Shown in pieces: positions 38,602 through 51,663 of a stretch of DNA of 64,000 nt; position 1 is the first letter of the stretch; each line of letters opens with the position of its first letter. The translations under genes and the position numbers were made by a program. The stretch covers positions 1,549,718-1,613,717 of the forward strand of contig NW_003314286.1 of the NCBI RefSeq assembly GCF_000143415.4. The letters are read 5' to 3'. The stretch comes from Selaginella moellendorffii (Eukaryota; Plantae; Lycopodiophyta). The notes under the pieces are model-generated. The model saw nothing but the letters and a program-made list of their open reading frames with translations, had not been told where the DNA came from and did not search any database.

Positions 38602-41600
38602 TGTAGCGCACGTGGTTTTGACCCTTTATTCTATGGTGATTTACCATAAGATAACACCACAAAGCGGAACCTAAACCCTTCATGTGCCATATGACAGATG
38701 CCATGTGTCACAAAAGCCCAAAGCGTGTGTTCATCAGGGGGGGGGATATGGGGGGTTCCAAATATATAATAGGGATAATGGGTAGGTTGGGTATGTTTAA
38801 CCAACCTGAGGCATAATTTAGCTCCCGCTTGCGTGCCTGTCCTTGTTCTGTGTCCAGCTTGGGTCTAAGCCCAAGTTCCATTCCATGCTAGCTAGTGGAG
38901 TACCCATATCCTCACGTTAGGCCACTGATATGCCGAAATAGCGCCAAACTCTATTTGGCTCTGTTTTGCGTGTTGGTCCTGGCATTGGGATGCTAATTGT
39001 TCTAAGACTGTTCCAAGTCGCTCCAGGCTCCTGTTCCTTCGCTCCTTGGGCTGTATGCTCAAGAGTTACTCTGTGGTCCAGTTCCATCACTCCTTGGCTC
39101 CATGCTTGGGGATTTGGCACCATTCTTTCATTCAGTGGCCCAAGGCACTGAACCTCTCCACACCACATTCCTTTGGACACGTGGCACACCCCAAGCCTCC
39201 CTTAGTATCAGGAGTTAGTCTTTGAGACAAACTTGAAACTTACTAAATATAGAATAGCACTAGAATGCGAATTTGGACATGGGACGAACACCATTGTGTT
39301 TAGACCAATCTCTACATTCCATAAATATGCCAAATGAGCAAATCTAGACACTTTCCATAAATAGCATTTGGGACCGAAATGAGACTAACATAGAGGGCAT
39401 GATAGCGAGGGTGTTTGGCAGACATGGTAAGCTATCATCCAGCGATATTGAGGGACTAATCTCAATACATGAGGGTTCTTGTCACTAGCAAGTGCAAGAC
39501 AAAATGAGACGGGAACTCCTTACCGGGCTAAGTATGCTTAGCTAATAACATGTAGGAATTCTATCCTTATGCTTATCCGGTCTAAATACACTCGAAATGC
39601 CTAGTTAACTCCACTAGCACAAGAGGGACTGATAAAGGGTCCAGCAATACCAACCTCCTGCCATCATGGTAGTAAGGAAAGAGTGTCCGTAAGGACTGGC
39701 CGACAGGTAACTTTCAATACCCAAAGTCACATTCACGACACTCTCCCCCCCTAGGGAAGATCAACGTCCTCGTCGATGCACACTCGAGTCTAGAATACCA
39801 CCAAGGAAACAACTCCAGAAAAAATTTAGGGGATTCACACTATGTGAGAAATGCACCAACTTAAATGAGTTAAGAGGCAACCTCAATGTCTAATGCAGAT
39901 GCGCTACCAGCTCAGACACCTTTCGGCCATCGCCGACAAGGAAATGACCAATGGAGTCAGCCACCCTTGCTACTCTGGGAGTTATCCAACTTACAAAAGT
40001 GTAATACGCCCTGCCCACAGGGATATAGAGAGAGAAGCCAAAGGCCCCAGCCCTTCTGAGCAAAGAAACCAAACCTGTTGGTAAGGTTTAAATAGACTAC
40101 TGTAAACAAGCAGTTAGAGTTGTTTACACGGTCACGCCCTTTGAACAGAATAAGCAATATCGACAAAGAGACAGATTATGTGACCAGTCGACAATAGCTA
40201 CCCCATGACTAGAGATTTCACCATACACACGAAGTGCCAAAGCCAGTCTGCCTATATTGGCCCAAACTCAAAGATCAATATATAGACAATATCAAAGTCA
40301 TAGACAATGATTCTCAGAGACTTAATTATCAATGATTAAATCTTATATTAGAACACAAAAGTATTCCAAGTAAGTTATCGTTCGATAAACCAATATTTGA
40401 GTATAGGAACCACCAAGATCACTATCATTGGAAAACATAGGATTCACCTTCGAACAAAATTCAATAGCCAAATTATCATCAAGAAAAACTCAATGATAAA
40501 ACGTAACTATCAAAGATTGCCGACAGAATGCCAAACAACTTACAAAAGATACCTCAAAGAACACAAAGTATCCTTAACTGACAAGCACAATGCTCGCAAA
40601 TGTATTATTCGAAGGAAATAACATCCTAATCTATCAGGACTAACTCGAGCAACAATCAACAAAACAGAATGAATGTGGTAAGACCAATAAACACTTAGTC
40701 ATGCCAAGCATCACACAAGTCAATTTGAATAGATCCCAGTCAATAATACCAAGGAACCAGAGTTGCTTAAGCAAGTGTCAGCCACATCCTATTGATAGAC
40801 CAATCTAGAGCAAACCACAAAGAACATGTGTTAATGCAAAAAGCCATAAGCCATCAAAGAGAACAACTAACCATCATGAAAGATCATCAATCATCCCATT
40901 AATAAAGAGATGCATAATCATCATCTAAGAAGGAATCTACCATCACGAAAAACGGCAAATCATTCTATACCAATAATAATCAAGTAAAACTTTTTGATAA
41001 GAATAATCAACCATCCTAAATGATAGTCAATCGTCACCTATGATTGTTAGATGCAAAAACCAACTTCAACATCGAAGGTAATGAGCCAAAATGCCTTCCC
41101 CAACAACTTCAAATAAATGAAACAATGAGCATAAAAACTCAAAAAACCAAAAGTTTGAAGAAGTCTATAGCTAAGTCTTGCTTAATAATGATCACGAGTT
41201 TTGCATGAACTAACTTCAATGCTAAAGAAGAAATTATGGTATAACCCACAATATCCTTCTTAATACATCTAGAAGTCAAACTTCATAATACAAAGCTAAT
41301 GGAGAGCATGTCTATATTAATCCAAAAACTAAGCACAATGAAGCTATGTTCAACAAGTGATCACCAAACAATCCTCCTTGAATCCATCTATAGCAAGACG
41401 TAACGCACATTATAACAAGTATAAGAGGAATCATCAATGATTAATATATTTCAACTCAAATCCAATAAAGATCCAAACATTTTAATATCGATCACTAACT
41501 CTTCCACTTGTAGAGTTAGCATAGTCTATGACTAAATCACTTTTCAAGGAAAAGTTATGGCTCAACTCCTACTAAACAATTTCGTCTAGAACACAACTAA

Positions 41601-44600
41601 CTCAACTTGCCATTCAGCTTATTTGAACGTCAATATAGTTGTTAACTAGCAAATGCACCAAATGCCAATAACACAAAATTACAACCAAATCATTAACACT
41701 ATCTCTATTGAGACTAATGAAACTCAGTATCAATCCTGTAGAGAGACATCTCATTTCCCTCAAATCTCAACATCAACAATGTTAATGACAAGGCATCACT
41801 TCAATGCCATCAACACTAAAACAAAGCTAGAAAAAAGCAAAAGTGAATCAATCCTTCAGCAAAACTTAGTTACAGATAACACTTCCTCAAGGAGTGAATC
41901 ACCACATCTAAGATTCAATGGAATCCAACACCATAAACTAAACGTCACCAAATGATATCGATAGAGATAAAATTGATATGCCAACATGGAAAACCCATGT
42001 AAGTCTAACGATACGATCGTCCGCAACACTATCCAGTAAAGCAAGCCCATCACTACTAAATCATTATCGAGTAAAGCAAGTGTCAATAGTCCTCGACTAA
42101 GTCTACAATTAATCACTAGAATCACTCCTCAACTTGCCTTCTCATGACCCAAACACCACCTTTTGTCATCAAGTTATATACTTGTCTAACATGAACGTGA
42201 TACCCTAGGTATGAGATAAAGGTTCATGGACAAGCACGAACTAAATGACCATTCGAATCCAACTCAACCGCAATAAGCTCACCAATTTGTTTAGCCAATA
42301 GCTCTGAGCATGCTTTGAAGAGGCTAGCTATACATGATCTACACTTAGTTGAAACTAAAGTGAAAACCATGAGATGGACTCATATTAGTACACAACCTCC
42401 TTTTAGACAAAGCTATAGTATGGGTACCAATATCTTAAACTCAAACAACTAAGGTGAACATCACCATCCTTAGCCAAGGTGTAGGGCCACCAAGACCAAG
42501 TCAGGATCAGTGAGAGCTCACTACTCTCATAGAGTCTAAATGAAATGCAAAGTGCAATTTGCCACCAAGCATAACGCAATAAAAGAAAGGCACAAGGGTC
42601 ACCCTTCTTAGAAAAGCGCAACGGCCACTTTTCTATACCAACTTCAGACTCTATCCAACTCAATTGCTTTAGCCCCAAAAGTTAGCATCCCTTTCGAGCT
42701 GCATCATACAAACTACCTACTAAAATCTAAGCTAACCAAAGTCAACTCCAACCCTTTCATTAGTTTGTATTGGCTTATGAAAACAAAATGGTTTTTGAGC
42801 AAAATGATCAATAGATTAACCATTGGAAAAGTCTAAGAAAATTTATGGAAAAATCTTCCATCTTAGAAAAAGAATGTCTCTCAGTCCAGGATTGCAAACT
42901 TTCAAGACTCAACCAACTTCCTCCTATAAACAATTTCACATAGGTTCACCTCAACACAAATTCTTATGACCCATAATATGTCTAAGCATTGAACAACTTT
43001 GCCCATTTTCCGAATCCAACACCGACATCCGCAAAGTGCTAAATGAACATCTAAAGCTTGATCAGGAAGACCACATCTTTGGATATCCACATTGCATTAA
43101 CACTTTTCTTCAATCATCTTCAAGATCCAATATGAAGCCAAAACACTAACAAGAAAAATGATATGGAAAATCAAGGTTTAAGGAGAACTCCTCATCACTC
43201 GAAATAACAATACCACTTCCATTAACACAAGTGCTAGCAATGTCAATGCTTCAATTACACATCTTCTCCATCCAACAATCTACTCCAAGTGCTAACGGAT
43301 CAACCAACAAGTCATAGGAAGTGAATGCTATAACCCTTTTCCAACACATTAATGGGCAAACTCTCACGGAATAAGGAACCAACTTAAGATTAGCATAATG
43401 GACCACTATCGAGAATCCAGTCAAAGCCATTACAATGCTACTATATGTAAATAGACTAGCTTCACTATCAACCACTTTGGGATTGATCATCGTTTGACCA
43501 AGCAACTTCGTAAACACATTGCTCACTATCACATGGATATGATGTAAGTATCACAATGACTTGATCATCAATTGAGCAACACTATGAGCAATGCACATGT
43601 CACTACTACAAAGGTTTATGTGAGTATCAAGTGTCAACTCGACTTGACAAAATGCAACATAAATGTCACACCCCACCGATGGAGATTTACAACACTTAAC
43701 ACCACTAACTTTTGTTTACAACACGAACAAGCTTATACCACTCTCTTTCTAACCAAACTCAACATTAATCCAACACTAAGTTACTCAAGGAGTAATAGCA
43801 AGGTTCCTCAGAAAAGAATTAAGCATTGTAACCTAAATCTTCCAATAACAAGCCTAGACAAAATGGTATATCACTTCACCGCTATCCATCCCACAATTCA
43901 CCACTTGCAAAACAATCATTTCCAACATGCATCAAGATAGAGACCCTTGATTACATACTGTGAATATAAGCAATGAGTTAACACCTTGTTGCAAATCATA
44001 TTTCAAAGAGAAAATGATTTACGTGTTTGATCCTTCATCCCTAACAACTCTCTTTTCGGTTTCATCTTTGACTAAACCTCAAGCTTGCTTTTGCACTGCC
44101 TTCAGTCTAATCCAAAAAAAGTTTATAAGAGAGTATGGCAATAACTACTTGAACCAATAGACTAATCCCTATAGTCTTGATTAATCCACTCATAATCATG
44201 TCTAGGAAGGATCCACTAGTGCCATACTAAACAGCTACAGATCAGCCTATTTGCCACTCATAGTAAACCCAGGGAAGGTTTACTTTCACCCATGGTACAT
44301 GGAACAATTTAAGGAACCACCGATAAGCTAACATTAATCCTGCCAACTCAACGTGTAATCTCGAGTTACTAATGTGCCTCACTCACGAGCCCAAGCATAA
44401 ACTCGTGTAAATGAAACATCTTACATCCATCTTATGAGCCCAAGAGCAAGCTCACATAATTTGATACAAAATGGTAACTAAATTCATACCCAAGGAACAA
44501 TTGCGAAGCCTTTGCACCCAAACGTGTACCCATTTGGATCATCGTTTTCATCTCTGCGTATGCAACGAGACCAATTGCTCAATCTCATTGGATAGTACTC

Positions 44601-45783
44601 ACCGAGACTCATCCTCTAATACCAAATGTAGTGCACGTGGTTTTGACCCTTTATCCTATGATGATTTATCATAGAATAACACCACGAAGCGGAACCTAAA
44701 CCCTTCATGTGCCACGTGATAGATGCCACATGTCACATGCCATGTGTCCAAAGGAATGTGGTGTGGAACCCGAGGTTCAGGGCCTTGGGCCACTGAACGA
44801 AGGAACGGTGCCAAACCCCCAAGCATGGAGCCAAAGAGTGATGGAACCGGACCACGAAGTAACTCTCGAGCATACAACCCAAGGAGCGAAGGGACAGGAG
44901 CCCAGAGCGACTTGGAATAGTCCTAGAGCAACTAGCATCCCAATGCCAGGACTAGCACGCAAAAGGAGCCAAACAGACCGGCTTAGATCTAAGCCCAAGT
45001 TCCATTCCATGCTAGCTGGTGGAGTACCCATATCCTCATGTTAGGCCACCAGTATGCCAAAATAGTGCCAGATACGTAGAACAAGGACAAGCACGCAAGC
45101 GGGAGTTAAACTATACTTCAGGTTGGTCAGCCATGCCCCACCTACCCACTATCCCTACTATACATTTGGAACCCCTCATAGCCCCCCCCCCCCCCCCCCT
45201 TCCCTTGAGGAACACATGCTTTGGGCTTTCACCACAAGCCTCCCTTAGTATTAGGAGTTAGTCTCTGAAACAAGTTTGAAACTTACTAAATATAGAATAG
45301 CACTAGAATGCGAATTTGGACATGGGACGAACACCATTGTGTTCAGACCAATCTCTACATTCTATAGATATACCAAATGAGCAAATCTAGACACTTTCTA
45401 TAAATAGCATTTGAGACCGAAATGAGACTAACACAGAGGGCATGATAGCGAGGGTGTTTGGCAGACATGGTAAGCTATCATCCAGCAATATTGAGGGACT
45501 AATCTCAATACGCGAGGGTTCTTGTCACTAGCAAGTGCAAGACAAAATGAGACGGGAACTCCTTACCGGGCTAAGTATGCTTAGCTAATAACATGTAGGA
45601 ATTCTATCCTTATGCTCATCCGGTCTAAGTACACTCGAAATGCCTAGTTAACTCCACTAGCACAAGAGGGATTGATAAAGAGTCTAGCAATACTGACTTC
45701 CTGCCATCGTGACAGTAAGGAAAGAGTGTTCGTAAGGACTAGCCAATAGGTAACTTTTGATACCCAAAGTCACATTTGCGACA
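38602..45783 (-). mobile_element. Degenerate, probably non-autonomous LTR retrotransposon with ~1.15-kb LTRs and CCCTC TSD
   Basis: LTRs 38602-39740 and 44627-45783 (tgtag...cgaca); TSD ccctc at 38597-38601 and 45784-45788; tRNA-iMet PBS (tggtattagag) at 44614-44624; PPT at 39741-39752; no intact internal ORF. Confidence 0.88.
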
Positions 45784-45929
45784 CCCTCGGCCCCAATCTC
45801 AACCTCAAGTTAGTTTGGAAGCACCATTGGAGAGTTCCTTCAAGACTAGTTCCTGGACCTCTCTATCCCTACTATACTTTTGGAACCCCCTGCCCCCCCG
45901 GGAAACACATGCTTTGGAATTTCACCCCT

Positions 45930-46232
45930 CGACTTGTATTAGTACTCGAACTTGGTCTCAGACTCGATCTTGGACCCGACCTCGGACTCAGTCTTGAACT
46001 TGATCTCGGACCCGACCTCGGACTCGGTCTCGGACTCAATCTCGGACTCAACCTCGAACCCAATCTTGGACTCGACCTCGGACTTGGTCTTGGACCCAAT
46101 CTCGGATCTCGGACTCCGTCTCAAACTTGGTCTCGAACTCGGTCTCGGAGTCGGCCTCAGACTTGATCCCGGACTCTATCTCGAACTCAGTCTTAGAGTC
46201 GGTCTTGGACTCGATCTCAAACTCAGTCCCAT
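45930..46232 (+). repeat. Degenerate hexamer tandem array (ctcgga/ctcggt/ctcgaa-like)
   Basis: About 300 bp of 6-bp periodic sequence, which generates spurious LGLD/SDS/PRLS ORFs. Confidence 0.85.
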
Positions 46233-46379
46233 CTGATGAACTCTTTATTATTTCGGTCATGCTTTTGGGGATCCTTTTAGCTTACGACACCTCGGGGAGT
46301 TGGTTCCTTACACTATTTTTCACCAACAATCAATTGTATCATCAAATATGCTTGGCAATAGTTGGGAGTTGGTTGCAGC

Positions 46380-47300
46380 TGAACCTTTTTCAAGAGGGAT
46401 CTCTTCATTGGTTTTGTCATTGGGTGGAGGAAGTTAGAATGCAAGTTCCAACAAGGTGGAGAAAGTTCTTTAGAGTTTCTAAGGAGCAGTTCATGACAAT
46501 TTGCAAACTTGTTGCTCCATCAATGTAAATAGCATTGCCTTCAAGTTTGAAAAACATTTCATCTAGATATGTTTCTATTGGTAAGTAAGGTTTCATTGTT
46601 TTAGCTTCAAGTGATTCTTTTGCTAGTTTGGTGGAGCATTTCGGTGTTTCTTCATCAACTATCCAGAAGTATTATTAAAAGTTCTCCAACACAACATTCC
46701 AGCATCTAGAACAATTTCTTGTATGACCAGAAGATCTGTCAGTAGTAAAAATAAGTTTCAAGAGTCTTTGTGGCTTTTCAAATTATTGTGGTCCAATTGA
46801 CTGCATGCATTTCAAAGTTGAGCTTCCTAGAAATGCTTTTGCAAGTGATTATTACAACAAGGACAAGGATTACTCAATTATCATGCAAGAAGTCATGGAT
46901 AGTAAAGCAAAGTTCTTGGATATTCAAGCTGAAGATCCTGAAAGTTGCAATGACATAACCATTTTGAGGAAGAGCTCAATTAGTTGCAATTCTTAACAGA
47001 CTAACAGTCTCAAGAGGCCAATACCAGTTTCAGAAGTACATCATTGGAGACTCAGGATACTATGAGTTTCTAGGGTTGGTTATATCATTTCCAAGTGCAA
47101 ATGTAACTAAATTGAGGGAAACATTCAACTTTCACTTATCATCTTTGAGGATGGTATGTGAGAGAAGTTTTGGATTGCTTAAAGGTCATTGGAGGATGTT
47201 TGGGAAGCTAGTTGAAGTTGAGACCATCACTTAGTTAACAATTACCATAAAAATAGCTTACATTTTGCATAACCTCATTATTGGTACAGGTGACATAGGG
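46380..47300 (+). pseudogene. PIF/Harbinger (HARBI1-like, DDE_Tnp_4) transposase remnant
   Basis: WRKFFRVSKEQF; GPIDCMHF...DYYNKDKDYSIIMQ; YIIGDSGY; ERSFGLLKGHWR; ILHNLII; multiple stops and frameshifts. Confidence 0.88.
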
Positions 47301-47849
47301 GAAATAAACATTGAACTTGAGCCAGTGACTAATTGATCACAAAGCTGGTGACTGGAGCCTCATCTTGTTGCTATGGAGCTTAGAAACATTTTCACTACTT
47401 ATGTAATAGACTCAAACAAATCCATTTGAAGGTCATGAATTTTTTTATTTAGTATGTTCAGCTATCAATAGAGTGCCACGGTTTGAAAATAGAAAGCTAC
47501 AAGTATCTCTAGCATATTGATTTGCATTCTTACTGATATATTATATTTTGTTTGCTTTGTGTCTAAAGAAATTTGGCAATTGGATCCTACGCTATAGTGA
47601 TTGGAAATTTTATTGTGGATGGATCCGAAAATGATAAGCAAGAGTAAACAAATGGTATATAGTCCTAAACAGATTGTAATTTTTTTTATTTTTTATTTTT
47701 TTTTTGTGTGTGTGAAAACAGGCCCAACTGATGATTTGAGTGACGAACTGATTGTAGACCAAATGCCAGAATAGAAGGCTTTGAGTCCAAATGATAAGTT
47801 GATTAAACACAAACTGCCAATTGATGGTATCCTCAATCACTTGTTCTTG

Positions 47850-48830
47850 AAACTGATCTATTTTCTAGTAAATCATCACATCTTCATTAGTTCATCATCT
47901 CTCTTGTTACTTTAGTAATGCTGTAAACTATACAAGTGAAGTTCATGAATAAGAACATGAATTGACTTACCAAAGAATCAATAATTATAAATAAGGCTTG
48001 AGCTACTTGCTCCACACTCTTCATCATCTAGTTATCCACAACTAGAGTAAGCTTGATGAATTCTTCCTTATTCAGATTATGATGATAAATTTCCTTCTGG
48101 CTTTCTTCCATTGTATCAATGAGGCTCACATTGTTGTTATGCAGTGCTCTTGCAAGTTGTTTTGTGAGTTGTGTGCAAGACTTCTTCCTCAACTAGCCTG
48201 AATTATGTTTTTCAAGATTGTTGTTATTTCCTATTATTGCCAGAAATAATTATAAACAAAAACTACAAAACATACATTTAGGCTCTAATTCTCCATATGG
48301 AGGTGATGGTGATCATTGTTGTGAAGCTCTTAGTGTTGGTAATGGTGATTGTTGGGATATAGGTGGTGAAGACATTGATTCCTGAGTCTGTCCCTGTGAA
48401 TTCATAGTTAGATGGTCTTGAAGCCACTCATCCATCATTGCATAGAGTTGATCATAGAACTTCGGTGGTAAATCAACTTCACGACCATCGTCATTGACCA
48501 TTGTTATATTTCAGTAATTGCTTCTACTAGTAAGAACATAATGTTTATATAACTTGATTTTATTGAACTCTTTATAGATATACTCTTATTGAGCTTAGTA
48601 TTGCCCAAGCATATAGTTGGCACCATGTGTCAAGTAGTAGTTGAAAACTTAATGAATGACAAAAAGTCTGAAAATTCCAAAACTTACTCAAAGACTTGCT
48701 ACCAACAAACAATTGTAATCTTGTGCCTCTTTTGAATGTTGCCTCACTACTATAAAAACAAGTTGTACTTCTTTGCTTCATTCAAAACCAACAATTCATT
48801 CAAAGACCAATGCCCTTGATTTCTAGTTGG
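47850..48830 (-). pseudogene. Harbinger-associated Myb/SANT-like ORF remnant, convergent with the transposase
   Basis: WSLNELLVLNEAK-like start and PKFYDQLYAMMDEWL fragment; position and orientation are typical of the second Harbinger gene. Confidence 0.5.
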
Positions 48831-50729
48831 TTTTGAAGGCTTTAGTGGAGTGGGAGCAGTAAAATTCCCCCTACTGAATTGATAACCATCATATAAAAAC
48901 TTTTGTTAAAATTGTGGAAAACATGATCTCCAAGTTGTTTAATTGCTACTCTCCCATTCTACTCAACCCTAAAACCAAAAATTGACAAATCAGCAATAGT
49001 GGCAAGAGGAAATAATTACCATATTAGCATTTTAACTTGCTATTGCAGGTTTGATAGTGGTTAACTAGCTAAGATGATTTTGAAAAACATTTAAATTGAT
49101 TTCAGCGTTATAAGGCCACCATAAAAAAAATGACAATGATGGTGACATGTACTAGGGCAACATCACTTCAAATTGCTGATGTGGCTGTCACAATTTGACT
49201 GTGATGGTCATATGTGCAACATCTAATGGCTTATCTTTTAAGTTGGTTACTTTTAGAACTATATTAGACAAGATAATGTTTAAGCCTCCACCACAAACCT
49301 TGAAAAGCCATCTCAATGTGATGGAATTAACCATAGGAATATGAAAGCAAAAAGTAATGAAATAGTTGACAACATTATAAACCTTCTTTAGGACATAAGC
49401 TTCAAAAGAGCAATAAATTAGGTGTGATATGAAAAGTGGATTCCATATCTAGTACATTTGAATTAATTTTTTTACAAAAAGATGAATAAAAAAGTGGTAG
49501 TTACTATTGCTAGGGGGTATGTGAGGGAATAAATTAATAACAATGTTAACTAGTAAACTTTCCAAGATACTATGGAAAAGAGGATACAAGCAAAAGATGT
49601 AGAAAAAAATTTAATAAAGGCTTTAAAAGTGATTATTCATACTCACTAGGAAAGGACAATACTAGGTAAGTAATTTAAAAGATTATAATAAATTTATTAG
49701 ATTTTTTAAAATAGGCAAAACAAGAGGATGAAAACACAAATGAGGAGTAGGAAGAGGGTCTATATATAGTGCAAATAGAGGTTGATGACCTGATTAATAT
49801 TAATGAGGAGATAATTGATATGAATAATCCAACTCAAAGGTTATATATTGATTGAAGTAAATATTTTTCTTGAAGAATGTAATTGAAATACTTGTGATTA
49901 AGCATTATTGGGTTTGAGTACTACTAAGTTAAATGACTTCCTAAAACATCAAAAGCTTATATTTAATCTCAAATTCAACTTTGTTGGTTCGTTACGGAAA
50001 TCACATTTTATATTGAGATTATAACTTCCTCAATATTTCCACCACAAAATAGCATACCATCTAAAAATGACAATTAAGAGTTATGGCAAGGGTTTTCTCA
50101 AAAAAGCCAAAACTTATAATGGAGATGTTAGGGAAATTGTACCACTTTTCTTTTATATATCTTTACTTTTTTCCTTTGTAACCATACCTACTTTATGCAA
50201 ATGAAGTATAGTTATAAGGAAAAAAGGTAAAGACACATTAAAGAGAAAAGGTACAACTTCCTTAATATCTCCACCACAATATATCTAAGATTGTTGTTTC
50301 TCCATTAGTGTTACTATTTAAAGTAATTTGTCAGGATTATAAAAACTTTCATAGTTTGCCTCATTAGAAAATGGCAGCAAATATATAGTTTAGAGAAGAG
50401 GAGTTTACAGCAAAAAGATCATAAACTGTGCTTCTCAAGAATTTTGAAGTTTGCTAACATGGAAAAAATTCTAACCCTTCAAGAATAATATTTTTTTGGA
50501 GGGAAAACTATTTGAGGGGAATAAAAGTTTTCATTAGTTCTTTGCATTGTCAAAATTGCCTATTTCAAAGACTAATGCGGCTATAGAAAATTTTCATCCA
50601 TTCAATGAAAATATTTGTTAGATTTCCAAATTTGATCAGATGGTGCATATTGCATATATATTGAACAGACAGTAAATTCTAGCAAAAACATACAAAATTC
50701 TACAAATTTGTACAAAACTCATACTGGAT

Positions 50730-51663
50730 AAACCAGTTAAAAAAGCAACTATGGGTGCTGGGTTCCAAATTGATTGCTATATAAACTGCAGGCACCTCAA
50801 CTCCATCCTTCAAAGCACTCCTCTCGATGTAAGTGAAAGGCACTTTACACTTTCATTTGGCACCGAACTTCCACCTTTACCTGGATAATCACAATCCAAA
50901 GCAATGAATTATCAATTAGTGGTAATCTGAACAATAATTACCTTAGTTCCTGATCCTGGCACATCCTTGGCTGTGTAAGATGTCTGGACTTGTACAGCCT
51001 TTACAACCTTCTTCCCATTGTCTGTTTTAGTAGTACGGATTGAGGGTAATATGGAACTCACCATAGGTCCACTGACCACTGACCCCAGGTCTCTTCCATT
51101 CTCTGGACGTTCACAAGCACTCGCATGGCAGTCTTGAACTTGCTTCTGACATCTCAGCTAGCTCAAGGAGGTACTTGATGTTCGTCAAGTTCCGGGCTCC
51201 CACTGGCTTGCTCACAGTAAACCTAGCACTCTGTTCTCTGTTCAGATTTGCAACTGCTGTGTTTAGAGAGTCCTTCCAGTAGTCAGTGTGCCTGTTGACG
51301 AACCTTCTGTTCTCGATCGATCTTAAAGCCAGAACGTTCTTTCCAATCTTCACAGGCTCGAAGTGAGAACTCTTGCTTTTTTTGGCATTCTCCAGGCTCG
51401 AATCTCCCTCCAGAACTTCCCAACCTTAACCATTTGAATGCTCACGTTGGGTTACCTCGAACATGGTGTCTTGGTTTGCAGTTTTGCTGTTGAGCTGCAA
51501 CCATTTGTGTAGTGAACACGCACGTAGTTACCATTGTCACTGAGCAGCGTCATGTATCGATGATTTCCATCTCAGATGCGCTGCTGGCACTTCCTCTTTC
51601 AGCTTTATAGCCATAGACTTGCTTGTTGGCAAGTTTCGGCACATTGATGTACGCATCGTCCAT
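50730..51663 (-). pseudogene. Amaranthin-like lectin / aerolysin-type pore-forming protein (Hfr-2-like) pseudogene
   Basis: SDNGNYVRV; FEPVKIGKNVLALRSIENRRFVNR...LNTAV...ARFTVSKPV; KVPFTYIER near the end; several frameshifts and stops. Confidence 0.7.

Larger units (their letters stand above)
32382..46312. mobile_element. Probable solo LTR (~1.15 kb after removing the two inserts) inserted in the Harbinger element
   Basis: Termini tgtaag...cttaca; flanks ttact/ctatt (3 of 5 match, both differences C/T); 45860-45928 is homologous to segment 45148-45233 of the neighbouring LTR family; the pieces 32382-32784, 38377-38601 and 45789-46312 sum to ~1150 bp. Confidence 0.5.
32083..49224 (+). mobile_element. 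Degenerate PIF/Harbinger DNA transposon, outermost layer of the nest
   Basis: Imperfect ~35-bp TIRs (agacatcacatatatgaccatcaccgtca / tgactgtgatggtcatatgtgcaacatct) flanked by 3-bp AAT on both sides; contains DDE transposase remnants (+) and convergent Myb-like remnants (-). Confidence 0.72.

Noticed and set aside
39753-44613. Internal region of the second LTR element as gag-pol
   Set aside because: Too degenerate to assign domains by eye. The 3' end (gaggacg...PPT) hints at a Tekay-like Gypsy, but this is unverified.
45872-46260. Repetitive ORFs (LGLDLG, SDSVSD, PRLSPR)
   Set aside because: By-products of the hexamer tandem array.
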